In this document: positions 1-9,314 of the stretch, in pieces
Numbering within the stretch: the stretch's first letter is position 1
Layout of the letters: every line of letters starts with the position of its first letter
UHGV virus genome: UHGV-0236227
Direction: 5' to 3' (one strand)
Length of the DNA: 30,354 nt
Source of the DNA: a virus
Notes under the pieces: generated by a model
Told to the model about the DNA's origin: nothing
Seen by the model: the letters and a program-made list of their open reading frames with translations, nothing else
Database searches by the model: none
Translations under genes and position numbers: made by a program

Positions 1-5
1 GCACA

Positions 6-470
6 TTATTTTCTCTCCATGTGAAATCTGTGGAAATTAAGACCAAGAGCACCATAAGGCGCGGCTTCTTCAAGCCTGAATCCAAGCCAGTGCAGCCATG
101 CTTTGGCAACATGGTTTCGCTCGTCGACATAGTTTTCCAGGCGCGGATAAACTGCCAGCATCTGCTGCAATACAGGGCGGCAGTGGCGAAGAAATGTCTT
201 CTGATATTTTTCGATACGGCTGGTTCCGACCAGCCAGGGCGTACCATTGCCACCGATCATTGACGCCGGAGATACGCCAAACATGGTTACCAGTTCTCCG
301 TTCGCAAATCCTGACCAGGCCATAGTCGCAGTACGCAGACCAACACGCAGCGCATCTTCGGTAGTCATCAGTGATACCGCATACAGTTCGTCAATATCAG
401 CCTGACGAACATCCGGCAAAATCATCTGAAGATGCTCTTCGGTTGCAGGAATAATTTGAACACCGATCAT
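6..470 (-). CDS. Virion protein, T7 gp13-like by position (internal virion protein candidate)
   Basis: 154-aa ORF; start shares one base with the stop of the upstream 823-aa gene (TGATG). Occupies the slot after gp11/gp12-like genes; T7 gp13 is of similar size. No motif recognised. Confidence 0.45.
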   Translation of the reverse strand: MIGVQIIPATEEHLQMILPDVRQADIDELYAVSLMTTEDALRVGLRTATMAWSGFANGELVTMFGVSPASMIGGNGTPWLVGTSRIEKYQKTFLRHCRPVLQQMLAVYPRLENYVDERNHVAKAWLHWLGFRLEEAAPYGALGLNFHRFHMERK

Positions 471-2941
471 CAGAATCCCCCAACAGTAAGGCGAGGAATA
501 ACGGCAAGAACAGACAGCGGCAACGGATCAAGCTGACGGATTTTTACACGTCCGTTTTTGCCCCAGTTACTGTCCAGTTTCACTTCTACTTTTCCGGTAG
601 CATCATCAACAGGATCATCGTAGAACTCGAATTCACGCTGTGGATATTCGTACCATTTACCGCCGGGCGTAGTCGCCCAGATGCCGCGACTGGCATTCAC
701 AACCAGAGTAACGGAGGGGATCACCTGTTTTTTGTCCAGCAGCGTTTCCTGTCCGTTAATGTTGATATCCAGTGTTTCGAATTCAGCAGTTATTGGCAGG
801 CCGATGTGCACTACAGCCCCCGGAGATTCCAGCGTGACGGCACCTCCGGAAACCACTTTCTGTGGTTCCACGTTCGCATCAGAGAGAATGTTTACGGTCT
901 GGCCTTCAAGATGAGACAGGCCTCCAAATGTCCGGCGCGCCATCTGCCAGTTCGTGGTGGCCACATTCCTGAGGGATGGCGGGACGTTCCTGTTAGCACG
1001 AACCACTACAGCGGTATTGCTGGTTACAGAAATAATGTCGCAACGTAATTCTTTTGACACCTCATCGCCAGTATCAGGATCAGTTCCGGTATAAGGGAAC
1101 TGTAGTTGCGCGCCGACATCACTACTGGTGAAGTACGCACCACCAGAAACACTGATTGTATATTCCGCGCGGTAATCCCATTCGCCAGAACCACCAGTGA
1201 TGGTCATCGTTCTGTCAGACGTATTTCTTCCATCATAGCTAAGGCCAGAATCAACAAAGAAAGCATCTTCATCGCTGGTAAATAAACGGCTGGACAGTCG
1301 CTCGATGTATCTCACTGTTTGCCCGTTAACGGTTCGGTTAATGACGAAATACACCGCATCTTCATTGCCTTCGCTGATACTGCATGTGCTTTCATATTTT
1401 CCGGTACTGGACTGTGGTGCCCATGCAAAAACCTGTTGATCACGCAAATAGGTCATCACCAGTAATTTACCGTCATCACGAATGCAGAAGGCGCTGGAGT
1501 AAGGGACAATAGAGAAGCACCAGTCAACAATGCTGTGCTTCTGAAAAAGATGATTGGCAAGGATAGTAAGGTCGTTCCCCTGATAGCCGTCAACATCGAA
1601 TGAGTAGGCCAGATCACGGACAACACTGCCTTTCTCCTGGACGAACAGAGCAATATTCGCCACGGCAATTGGTGGGACATTGCTCGAGCCATTTGATCCC
1701 TGAGAGCTGAATGCAAATGATGATGGGGTTAACACTTTGTTCTGGTCGCCGGTGATGACGTACTCACCTCCGGAAGTCAGCGCCACCAGAGAACCAACAT
1801 CAATCAGGTGGCGGATCTCATTAACCTGACGCCCGGCATAGGTGTAGATAATTCTGTCGTCATCCTGCGTAGGATTGCTTTTGCCAAAATCCTTATAATC
1901 CCCGGTACGGCTGGCCCAGATAGTCTGAGGGAACGCAGTCGATGCGGCGAAGTAAAGACGCTGTTGATAATAAACAACAGTGCCAGGATAACCATTAACA
2001 CTGTTCCAGGCATATTTAGCCCATTTATAGCTGGCATTATCCTCGCCAACGACCTGCGAAGGGATATAGGAAATCACCTCAGCAGTTGCAGTAGTGCCAT
2101 TTACAGCAGTTATACTGGCAATGCCAAAACCACTGTGCAGATACTCCCACTCAATGCCAGTATCATCATCACCGGATCCGCCCCAGCCATCCCATGATGT
2201 GCCTTCTGTATGCGAAGGGCGCAAAGTACCTGTTTTGCCTGCTGTAACGGCGCGATAGTAGTTACTGTCTGCACGGCGAATATCGCCAATCGACGTACTC
2301 TTACTGGTTTCCCATACCGGCACAGAATCCACTGCAGGCTGTTCCAGATAGAACAATTTGCCTACCTGCTCCGCGCCAAAAATAGAGGCGCTTGCCGTTA
2401 ACGTAATTGTCCCGGTGCTGGCGCTGGCATAAACCGTCACTGACTCGTCAATATTGATATCTTCAAATGGCCCGTTCTTCGTTACCACATCAACCAGTTG
2501 CCAGTTGTCATGCGCATAGCGACGCAACTCTTTCGGCGGGTATGCCGGATGAACCAGCGTAAGCACGTCGGCGCTTTGCGTGAATTTAATTCGGAACAGA
2601 TCGGCTTCAGTATATGGCGTGGCAATTTCATAAATAACATTGCTGCTGTTCAGCACCAACGCACCATCTTTGATAACGCGCATGTACTGGTGTCCGAACT
2701 CCAGAGCATAGGTCTGAACCGTCGAGAACTGGAACGGGATCAGGCGGCATTTCCGATTTGGGTATTTGGCGGCACCGACAAAACGCGTACCAGGTCGATT
2801 CTCAACGCCGCCATACTGCCGCACGATAAAGTTATCGCACTTGCGCAATGCCACCTGGTACTTCGCCATGTCAATACGCCCGTACAACGACGGTCCAATC
2901 TCACCACCGGCAAAGCTGGGCTGGATCCAACTGATAGCCAT
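470..2941 (-). CDS. Tail tubular protein B-like (T7 gp12-like)
   Basis: 823-aa ORF coupled to both neighbours; size and position match T7 gp12 (about 794 aa). Similarity is recalled, not computed. Confidence 0.55.
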   Translation of the reverse strand: MAISWIQPSFAGGEIGPSLYGRIDMAKYQVALRKCDNFIVRQYGGVENRPGTRFVGAAKYPNRKCRLIPFQFSTVQTYALEFGHQYMRVIKDGALVLNSSNVIYEIATPYTEADLFRIKFTQSADVLTLVHPAYPPKELRRYAHDNWQLVDVVTKNGPFEDINIDESVTVYASASTGTITLTASASIFGAEQVGKLFYLEQPAVDSVPVWETSKSTSIGDIRRADSNYYRAVTAGKTGTLRPSHTEGTSWDGWGGSGDDDTGIEWEYLHSGFGIASITAVNGTTATAEVISYIPSQVVGEDNASYKWAKYAWNSVNGYPGTVVYYQQRLYFAASTAFPQTIWASRTGDYKDFGKSNPTQDDDRIIYTYAGRQVNEIRHLIDVGSLVALTSGGEYVITGDQNKVLTPSSFAFSSQGSNGSSNVPPIAVANIALFVQEKGSVVRDLAYSFDVDGYQGNDLTILANHLFQKHSIVDWCFSIVPYSSAFCIRDDGKLLVMTYLRDQQVFAWAPQSSTGKYESTCSISEGNEDAVYFVINRTVNGQTVRYIERLSSRLFTSDEDAFFVDSGLSYDGRNTSDRTMTITGGSGEWDYRAEYTISVSGGAYFTSSDVGAQLQFPYTGTDPDTGDEVSKELRCDIISVTSNTAVVVRANRNVPPSLRNVATTNWQMARRTFGGLSHLEGQTVNILSDANVEPQKVVSGGAVTLESPGAVVHIGLPITAEFETLDININGQETLLDKKQVIPSVTLVVNASRGIWATTPGGKWYEYPQREFEFYDDPVDDATGKVEVKLDSNWGKNGRVKIRQLDPLPLSVLAVIPRLTVGGF

Positions 2942-3549
2942 CAGGACAACCTCGCAATGGTAAACTCATCAACCGGTGGCTGTGGTTCCTGTGATTCATT
3001 CTGGCTATGCGAGCCAGCACTAAGAATCACGCGATTGTACATATTGAGGGCAAACGTACCGAGGTCTGCATTCCCAGTCAGCGCCATGTTAATAGCTGCC
3101 GCAAGACGCCAGGCCAACGCCTCCATAAAAATGGCATCAAACATGTTCACATCTGAAACGCGAGAGACATACTTGAGCCATGCCTGCGGCTGGTCTGTGT
3201 AGATCAACTTTCCTGTTCCGTTGGTGTCTGCACCAACTTCGTACTGAACGCGCATTGCTGCTGTTGGATTGCGTACACCAGGAAGCATAATTTCAGTAAT
3301 GCGCAGACAATCGGACGGGTACTGGTACGCATATTCCCAGTCAGGCGGTGGATTGTTCGTATCTGCAAGCGCCACGCGTTTGGTAGCAAAGTTCCAGTCA
3401 AAATCAGAAAGCACAGCATCACGGCAGGCCTCAAAGTGCAGCGAACATTCCCCTGCTTCCTTGCTGGCTTCCGTCAGGCTGTTAATGCTGCGGCTGTTGC
3501 CAATATTGGACAGCGCACGATTACAGATCTCTACTACAGAGGCCATCAC
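2941..3549 (-). CDS. Tail tubular protein A-like (T7 gp11-like)
   Basis: 202-aa ORF; N-terminal segment (ALSNIGNSRSINSLTE) resembles the T7 gp11 N-terminus as recalled; size close to gp11 (196 aa); synteny with the gp12-like gene. Confidence 0.55.
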   Translation of the reverse strand: MMASVVEICNRALSNIGNSRSINSLTEASKEAGECSLHFEACRDAVLSDFDWNFATKRVALADTNNPPPDWEYAYQYPSDCLRITEIMLPGVRNPTAAMRVQYEVGADTNGTGKLIYTDQPQAWLKYVSRVSDVNMFDAIFMEALAWRLAAAINMALTGNADLGTFALNMYNRVILSAGSHSQNESQEPQPPVDEFTIARLS

Positions 3550-3869
3550 TCCCCCCCGTTACCGTAGAGGGTTTCAGCCGCTGATTTTTCTACATCACCG
3601 GAAACAGGAGCGATTGCCATATCAGTGATCTGCAGATCGGCGCTGCGATTAACACCATCGTCAGTTTCTCTGGCAGACAGGCCTCGAATAACAGCCTTTG
3701 CAGTTATCATCACTTCTGTTCCGACGCCCTGAGGTTGCGCCTTCAGCTTATTCAATGTGTCGTTATTAAGAGTGATGCACAGCCCCCACGGGTATTCATC
3801 GCAAGTTCTGGTTTCTCCGCTCTCATCCTGGTAGCTGTCAGTGCCGGTTTTGAGGTTTACGAGTTCCAT
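3546..3869 (-). CDS. Small virion-module protein (hypothetical)
   Basis: 107 aa from ATG at 3869, preceded by an AGGAG Shine-Dalgarno at 6-nt spacing. The track ORF starts at a GTG two codons upstream (3875). Confidence 0.5.
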   Translation of the reverse strand: MELVNLKTGTDSYQDESGETRTCDEYPWGLCITLNNDTLNKLKAQPQGVGTEVMITAKAVIRGLSARETDDGVNRSADLQITDMAIAPVSGDVEKSAAETLYGNGGE

Positions 3870-3880
3870 ATACACTCCTG

Positions 3881-3901
3881 CAATAAAGGGGCCGAAGCCC
3901 C
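3881..3901 (-). terminator. Stem-loop (GGGGC-cgaa-GCCCC) followed by a U-rich tract on the minus strand; candidate attenuator inside the structural operon
   Basis: Hairpin at 3888..3901; minus-strand downstream sequence is TTTATTG. Lies between two small virion genes. Confidence 0.35.
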
Positions 3902-3919
3902 TTGTCGGATTCGCGAGGC

Positions 3920-4255
3920 TTACACGCCCAGTTCTTTACGCTTATCTGCGATCTTCTCGCGGAGCGTTTCGGCTTTAGCGTTATGGTGTGGCTTCTCGTT
4001 AAAGAGCAATTCGTACTCTTCACGGAGCTTATCCAGTTCACCATCATCTGACACATCATTGATGATTTTGGTGCTGGTTGCTGCCATTGACACCTTTCCT
4101 GCAACTTTTGCTTTTGCCTGTCTGGCTGCATCGTTAACAGGTTCCAGTGCGCTACCAGGCTCACCTTCGTATTCGATTTCTGCCCCCTCCGGCCACAGAG
4201 TGTTATGGATATGAGAGAGGCGCAGAACGAGGTATCTTGGTTTCTCACCTGACAT
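3920..4255 (-). CDS. Small virion-module protein (hypothetical; capsid decoration candidate)
   Basis: 111 aa from ATG at 4255 with AAGGTGA Shine-Dalgarno (track ORF starts at GTG 4264). Charged, coil-like composition. Function inferred only from location next to the capsid gene. Confidence 0.45.
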   Translation of the reverse strand: MSGEKPRYLVLRLSHIHNTLWPEGAEIEYEGEPGSALEPVNDAARQAKAKVAGKVSMAATSTKIINDVSDDGELDKLREEYELLFNEKPHHNAKAETLREKIADKRKELGV

Positions 4256-4265
4256 CGATATCACC

Positions 4266-4703
4266 TTAACCAGTTACTTTTGAGCGGATCGGATACGGCG
4301 TATTGGCATCAACATCAAGACTGATACCAGCAGTGAATTCGCCAGCCGTTAGTGGGCCAGTTGCGACGGAGTAGTTAACACGCAGATATCGCTGAACACC
4401 GGCAGGCACCTTTGCAGAAACAACTCGTTTACCTGCTGTCAGGGCGGTCTTTGCCAGTGCGCCACTATCATAAATAGTGGTCCATGAGCTGTTATTTTCA
4501 CTCGTCTGCAACTGGATGTTTACAGTTGCATCACCGCTTGCCGCGGCGGCTGTGTTAACCAGCGCCCAAAACTCAAGCGGGTAACCAACGCCGATATCAC
4601 GACGTTTTCCGTCAATTGGACCGAGATCGATTACGTCAGTAGAAGCCGCGGTATCAGTTACCGCCTGAGCTTCGGAGAACATCAACAGTTTGTCGGTGAT
4701 CAT
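4266..4703 (-). CDS. Virion-module protein (hypothetical)
   Basis: 145-aa ORF; GGAG Shine-Dalgarno 7 nt upstream of the ATG at 4703; directly downstream of the capsid gene. Confidence 0.55.
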   Translation of the reverse strand: MITDKLLMFSEAQAVTDTAASTDVIDLGPIDGKRRDIGVGYPLEFWALVNTAAAASGDATVNIQLQTSENNSSWTTIYDSGALAKTALTAGKRVVSAKVPAGVQRYLRVNYSVATGPLTAGEFTAGISLDVDANTPYPIRSKVTG

Positions 4704-4718
4704 CTTCTTTCTCCATTA

Positions 4719-4738
4719 GTGGGTCTGTTACGACCCAC
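4719..4738 (-). other. Stem-loop (GTGGGTC-N6-GACCCAC) between capsid gene stop and next RBS
   Basis: Perfect 7-bp inverted repeat with a 6-nt loop, seen directly; position is analogous to the post-capsid terminator of T7-like phages. Confidence 0.35.
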
Positions 4739-4754
4739 AGGTTAATAACAGGCG

Positions 4755-5747
4755 TTACACCACGCGGGCTTCTGTTTCCAGAAGCGCATCAGTTTCACGG
4801 ATTGGTACACCACGGAATGAAGTCCACCACTCGCCTTCTGTCTCTTTTACGCTGATCGCCAGAGATGTTTTCTCCAGAGATTGCAGATCAAGAGCCTGTC
4901 CTACAGTGCGGTTCATGTAGAACACCGGGCGACCCATGCCACGATTTGGAATGCGATGCAGTGCTTTAACCATCAACTTCGCAATATTTGCGGCAGAGGA
5001 AGGTTCTGAAAGATTGCTGACATCGATGTTTGCAATGCGAACAACATAACGCCAGTCACGCAGAGCAAGTCCGTTGTCCCATTTGTAATGGGTACGGTAG
5101 CCTTCGTACTTGCCGCCATTAGCATCTTCCAGTGTCACCTGGCCTTTATCTTCCATCTGAATGCCAGCCTTCTGCCCTTTCGGGAAGATGCCATGCACGG
5201 TGTTTTCGCCCCACACCACTAACCAGATTGAGGTGTTATCTGTACCCGTGCCACCAGCATCAATGATGTTCTGAGCATTACCTGCAGACAGGCTGGAATA
5301 GCGGGAGGACAGTCCCATAAACTGCTGAGGGTTAACGCTGGAATCACCATAAAACAGCGTCTGCGCCATCTGCTGATTCATCGCTTCAATAAATGCGCGG
5401 TCTTCAGACAGGCGGAATTCGGCGGTATTGCCGTTCAGATCAGCCAGTGACTTATCGACTTCAGCATAGGTTTCCAGCATGCCAACGGAATCGGTTACCT
5501 GCACTGTGGTTGATTTGCTTGGCTGTACGCCATAGTTCAGCAAACGCCAGGTAGCTGAAGGTAAACCAGAACGAATGGTGGTTCGGTGTCCGGTAGGAAG
5601 GTTCCCTTCGACAAAAGGCATATCCTGAAGGATCGGGTTAGTTTGACCGAGAAGCTCGATAATCTTATCGACTTTCCCGTTTGGATCGACGCGCTTACCC
5701 CAGTCAGCCAGCGTTAGCGCAGTTAAGCCTTTAACAGCCATTGTCAT
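4755..5747 (-). CDS. Major capsid protein
   Basis: 330-aa ORF directly after the scaffold gene in portal-scaffold-capsid order; AGAGGA Shine-Dalgarno. Start may be ATG 5747 or 5741. Confidence 0.75.
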   Translation of the reverse strand: MTMAVKGLTALTLADWGKRVDPNGKVDKIIELLGQTNPILQDMPFVEGNLPTGHRTTIRSGLPSATWRLLNYGVQPSKSTTVQVTDSVGMLETYAEVDKSLADLNGNTAEFRLSEDRAFIEAMNQQMAQTLFYGDSSVNPQQFMGLSSRYSSLSAGNAQNIIDAGGTGTDNTSIWLVVWGENTVHGIFPKGQKAGIQMEDKGQVTLEDANGGKYEGYRTHYKWDNGLALRDWRYVVRIANIDVSNLSEPSSAANIAKLMVKALHRIPNRGMGRPVFYMNRTVGQALDLQSLEKTSLAISVKETEGEWWTSFRGVPIRETDALLETEARVV

Positions 5748-5755
5748 TTCCTCTC

Positions 5756-6457
5756 TTATTTGCCATAGAGCACTTCGGCCGCACTACGCTGGCCTTCATT
5801 ACCACCGGTGACCATGCCATCTTCAGACATCGCCTTTCCGATTTTCACGAACGTTTTGACCAGATCAGGGTGATTACCCAGCCCGGTGGTGTTCAGATAT
5901 TCTTTGAGTTCAGGTGTCCCGAACTGGTCAAGCGCACGCTGTGCGGCGCTAAGGTTAGAAATCAACTTGTCGCCACCGATTTCTTTGTCAGCTTTTACAT
6001 CAGCAGCCCACTGCTCGGTTGTTTTCTGCCAGGCTTCTGCCTGGCGCTGCTGCACACCTGCCAGAATCTTCGGATAAGCATCAACCAGCTTTTGCGCTTG
6101 CTCGTTGGTCAGGTTAAGTTCTCGCGCCACCGGCTCGAACTCCTTCAGCGCTTCTGTATCCAGCTCTACGCCTTCGGCAGCCTGAAACTCGTACTTCTCA
6201 GGCGCACCCTCTGGTTTATCGCCGTCCTTTTTTTCATCCTGCTTATCGTTTTCAGGATTTTTGTCATCAGCAGGTTTATCGCCATCAGCAACAGGTTGTG
6301 GCTTATCACCTTCCTGTTGTGATGGATCACCAACTGGAGCAGGGTTATCACCTGCAGGCGCTGACGGTTCTGACGCAGCCGGAGCTGCTCCACCATCGAC
6401 TGGTTGCTCATTGCAAAGACGGCGATACAGCAAACGCTCAAATAAATTCATGATCAC
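5756..6457 (-). CDS. Capsid scaffolding protein
   Basis: 233-aa ORF with a long acidic Pro/Asp/Lys-rich low-complexity segment and helical C-terminus; sits between portal and capsid; ATGA coupling to the upstream gene. Confidence 0.7.
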   Translation of the reverse strand: MIMNLFERLLYRRLCNEQPVDGGAAPAASEPSAPAGDNPAPVGDPSQQEGDKPQPVADGDKPADDKNPENDKQDEKKDGDKPEGAPEKYEFQAAEGVELDTEALKEFEPVARELNLTNEQAQKLVDAYPKILAGVQQRQAEAWQKTTEQWAADVKADKEIGGDKLISNLSAAQRALDQFGTPELKEYLNTTGLGNHPDLVKTFVKIGKAMSEDGMVTGGNEGQRSAAEVLYGK

Positions 6458-6750
6458 TCCTGTTCACTGGCCTCTTTGGCCATCTTCAAATACTGTTCAG
6501 GGCAATGCGCCATAACGCGCTGAAACAGTTCCAGCGCCAGATTGCGTTGCCCCTCATTAAATGCCATTGCCATAGCGTCCATCGGTGAGATAGCGGAAAA
6601 CACACGGCCTTTCTCCAGCACCGACCAGACAACGCGACGCCCCTGTTCACTGCTCATGACAAAGCGAATGTCATCAATTTCACGCTGCGCCATGTCACGT
6701 TGCTTACGGGCGTTTTCTTCTTTCAGTTGTTCGTCTTCGTAATCTGTCAT
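6454..6750 (-). CDS. Hypothetical head-assembly protein
   Basis: 98-aa ORF, ATGA-coupled to the portal stop and to the scaffold start. Confidence 0.55.
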   Translation of the reverse strand: MTDYEDEQLKEENARKQRDMAQREIDDIRFVMSSEQGRRVVWSVLEKGRVFSAISPMDAMAMAFNEGQRNLALELFQRVMAHCPEQYLKMAKEASEQE

Positions 6751-8426
6751 TGTGATTGCCCACCCTGACCACTAACTGCATTCGCCATAGCTGACAAAAC
6801 ACTCGGATCCGAAGTTTTAGCTTCGCTTAGCGTCTTGGCACCCTGTGCCGCCGCCATCCCCATCGCCATCATTTGTTGCTGCTGTTGCTGCTGTGCCCGT
6901 TGCTGGCGAGCCTGCTCAACCTGTTCCTGCGGAACAATGACGGTTGGAGACACTCCGGACATATCAGCGAATGCATCGATCGCTTGATCAACGTTGAGTT
7001 TGTCGAGAGCTTCTGGTTTCGCTTGCGCAAGTTGACCAATGAAGTTAACCGTGGACGCCAGACTGGACAGGCCGATAGACTTCTGCGCCTGAGCCATGAC
7101 GGAAATGTATTCGACCTTCAGGGGCATGCCTTCCATCGCGTCAGGCGGTGGCGGCAGCATGTTTTTACGCACCATCATCGAGAAAGCGCGGTCAATGAGA
7201 GGATTAAGACATTCGTCGTTCAGACGCTCCAGAACCGGCCCCAACATCAGAAGTTTTTCTTCTTTCATTTCGATCACCGCTTCAACAGGCATCGAGCGGG
7301 TATTGATGTTCTGCAACATCATGAACAGATCGACAAAGTAGGCGCTGTTAATGATTTGACGAGTGTCCTGAATGTCTGCCACCAAATCTGCTGTACTGGG
7401 GTTAACCAGATAAGCAGGCCTGAAGCCATCCTGACCAGTAATCTGATCGATATACGTGATGTCGCCAGGAAGAAGGGAGGCGCGCTGATTCTTGAGGGAA
7501 GTCGGAGCAACCATCGGCGGATTGGTGGCTTTATCAATCAACTGCGACTTGCGCTTCTGAAGAAGCTGCAATGCCTTAACAGATCCAAGCGCCAGCATAC
7601 CCGGGCATGATGATCCATAAACATCTTCGCCGTTAACTTCCCAGCGCGGAGCCATAATTGGAAACTCATCGAATCCGGACTCACGCAACAACTTGTCGTT
7701 ATCGCCACCAACCTCGTAATAAACCGATTTGAATGGCTTGTTCTTGCTATCCAGCTTCGATGTATCGCGGTCAATGTTCGGGTAAACCGAATGCATCACT
7801 TCAATCCACTTCTCGTAGGTGCCGCTTTCCCACATGCTTTTTACGGATTCGCTGACGTTATTTAGCCCGAACTCCTGAACAAGCTGACGAACAGTCATAG
7901 AGAACTTGCGGAAACAGGTGTCCACACTGCCACGAGGTGAGTTAGCCAGGTAGTAACTGCCTATCGGGAATGGCATTGTGCGAATGATGTCCTCGTCATC
8001 CTCCAGCACCGCCATTGCACCAGTGCTGTATGTGCCGAGGCTTCCGTATAACTGCGGAAGAGACTGGTAGAGATTCGACTTATTGAACATATCGTTCATG
8101 CGGTTCTGCACCGCCTCAAGCCACAACTTAACAGGGCCATAATCCATCATTTCAGGATCTGGCGTAGCCAGGCGAAACCACGGACGCGCGGGGCTTGTGA
8201 TGCCTGACATCATGCCGCTGGCGAGAGTGCGCGCCGCCATAGTCCCGGTCGAATCAATAATGCGTGTATTGCGTCGATCGTTACGGTTGACCTCAGAAGT
8301 CAGAAAGCGGGAACCACGCGGGTTGATGTAATCACTCAACTCGCGCCAGTGCGGCTCGAACGACTGACGCTCGCTTTCAAGTTGTGCGAACTGTTTGTTC
8401 AATCGCTCTTTAGTTGTTTCCGCCAT
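6747..8426 (-). CDS. Portal (head-to-tail connector) protein, T7 gp8-like
   Basis: 559-aa ORF; GGAG Shine-Dalgarno 8 nt upstream of ATG 8426; size and position typical of podovirus portals; Gln-rich C-terminal tail. Confidence 0.85.
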   Translation of the reverse strand: MAETTKERLNKQFAQLESERQSFEPHWRELSDYINPRGSRFLTSEVNRNDRRNTRIIDSTGTMAARTLASGMMSGITSPARPWFRLATPDPEMMDYGPVKLWLEAVQNRMNDMFNKSNLYQSLPQLYGSLGTYSTGAMAVLEDDEDIIRTMPFPIGSYYLANSPRGSVDTCFRKFSMTVRQLVQEFGLNNVSESVKSMWESGTYEKWIEVMHSVYPNIDRDTSKLDSKNKPFKSVYYEVGGDNDKLLRESGFDEFPIMAPRWEVNGEDVYGSSCPGMLALGSVKALQLLQKRKSQLIDKATNPPMVAPTSLKNQRASLLPGDITYIDQITGQDGFRPAYLVNPSTADLVADIQDTRQIINSAYFVDLFMMLQNINTRSMPVEAVIEMKEEKLLMLGPVLERLNDECLNPLIDRAFSMMVRKNMLPPPPDAMEGMPLKVEYISVMAQAQKSIGLSSLASTVNFIGQLAQAKPEALDKLNVDQAIDAFADMSGVSPTVIVPQEQVEQARQQRAQQQQQQQMMAMGMAAAQGAKTLSEAKTSDPSVLSAMANAVSGQGGQSQ

Positions 8427-8440
8427 TTCAATGACTCCGG

Positions 8441-8647
8441 TTACTGACCAAGCAGCGTTTTACCGCTGGTATTAGCGGTTGATGTGTCGCCCTGAGAACC
8501 GGTAAGCAGCGTAGAACTACGACCAGCAGCAGCGCGACGGCGACGAGTTTCTTCGTCGCGGGCATCAACAACGGCGGCATCCTGCTCCTGTGGTGCTGCC
8601 TGAACTTCTGGTGTTGCAGGCACTGATGGTGAGCTACCCATGCACAT
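8441..8647 (-). CDS. Small hypothetical protein upstream of portal
   Basis: 68-aa ORF whose RBS context (GGAGTCATTGAT-ATG) is nearly identical to the portal RBS (GGAGTCATTGAA-ATG); low-complexity sequence. Confidence 0.35.
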   Translation of the reverse strand: MCMGSSPSVPATPEVQAAPQEQDAAVVDARDEETRRRRAAAGRSSTLLTGSQGDTSTANTSGKTLLGQ

Positions 8648-8715
8648 ATCAATGACTCCGTACGCAATTAAATTATTACCAATTTAACCACATATGATTT
8701 ATTTATCGTAGATAG

Positions 8716-8744
8716 TTGACATTTAACGCACTAATTATTACCTT
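8716..8744 (+). promoter_or_regulatory. Candidate promoter (TTGACA -35) overlapping a TTACC-N5-GGTAA palindrome, pointing toward the tRNA
   Basis: TTGACA at 8716..8721; the -10 element is not clean (TAATTA/TACCTT candidates). Confidence 0.35.
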
Positions 8745-8752
8745 TCAGGTAA
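8738..8752. promoter_or_regulatory. TTACC-N5-GGTAA palindrome (putative operator)
   Basis: TTACCTTTCAGGTAA; identical 15-mer recurs at 29281..29295. Confidence 0.45.
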
Positions 8753-9074
8753 GCAAAGAGTTCATTCCGGTTATTAACCTGACTGGCTTGTCGTTAAATT
8801 GAACAGGTGGGGTGAGCTTTTATTTTGAGCAGTACGGTGTATGGCACATGCGCCGATAGCGGTCTGGATACGTTTAAGGGGCACCCTCCCTTGCTCGGGC
8901 AAACGAACCAGGTAGCCGGAATGTGCAAGTCGAGCGGTTTTATTCCGCGCACGGGGATTCACCATCCCGGCGATTCGGTGTGACGCCTCGGAAGAGACGA
9001 GGGTACAACGATGAGAGCATTTATGGAGCCGCGACAAAGTGTGGTGCCTTAACAGGCTAAGTGCTCTCAGCGTT

Positions 9075-9151
9075 GTGGCATTAGCTCAGTTGGACAGAGC
9101 AACCGCCTTCTAAGCGGTTGGTCGCAGGTTCGAATCCTGCATGCCACGCCA
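9075..9151 (+). tRNA. tRNA-Arg (anticodon UCU), phage-encoded
   Basis: 77-nt cloverleaf folded by hand: 7-bp acceptor stem GTGGCAT/ATGCCAC, D-arm GCTC-AGTTGGACA-GAGC, anticodon stem ACCGC/GCGGT with loop CTTCTAA, T-arm GCAGG-TTCGAAT-CCTGC, encoded CCA end. Confidence 0.9.
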
Positions 9152-9194
9152 GAATCACGCCTAAGGACCGTGATGCCAGAAGTTCCAGGGGCTT

Positions 9195-9236
9195 GGCGGT
9201 GATGGTTTCCCTTGAAGGACTATCACCGCCCTTTTT
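9195..9236 (+). terminator. Intrinsic terminator after the tRNA
   Basis: 9-bp stem GGCGGTGAT/ATCACCGCC with an 18-nt loop, followed by CTTTTT. Confidence 0.55.
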
Positions 9237-9314
9237 ACAGCAGGACGCCATTGCGATGGCTTCATGCTGTAAACCAGTACAGCCACGGAAGGCATAACTC
9301 ATTGCTTCCAGTTC

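Noticed and set aside
2498-3202. 234-aa plus-strand ORF inside the tail tubular gene region
   Set aside because: Lies antisense within well-supported minus-strand structural genes, with no RBS and low-complexity composition. Treated as a shadow ORF, like the other long antisense ORFs at 6873..7610, 10533..11039 and 13696..14280.
9075-9151. tRNA-Arg as a host gene marking a prophage-chromosome junction
   Set aside because: Phage terminase and portal genes lie on both sides, and the acceptor stem differs from my recollection of host argU. It is more simply a phage-encoded tRNA.
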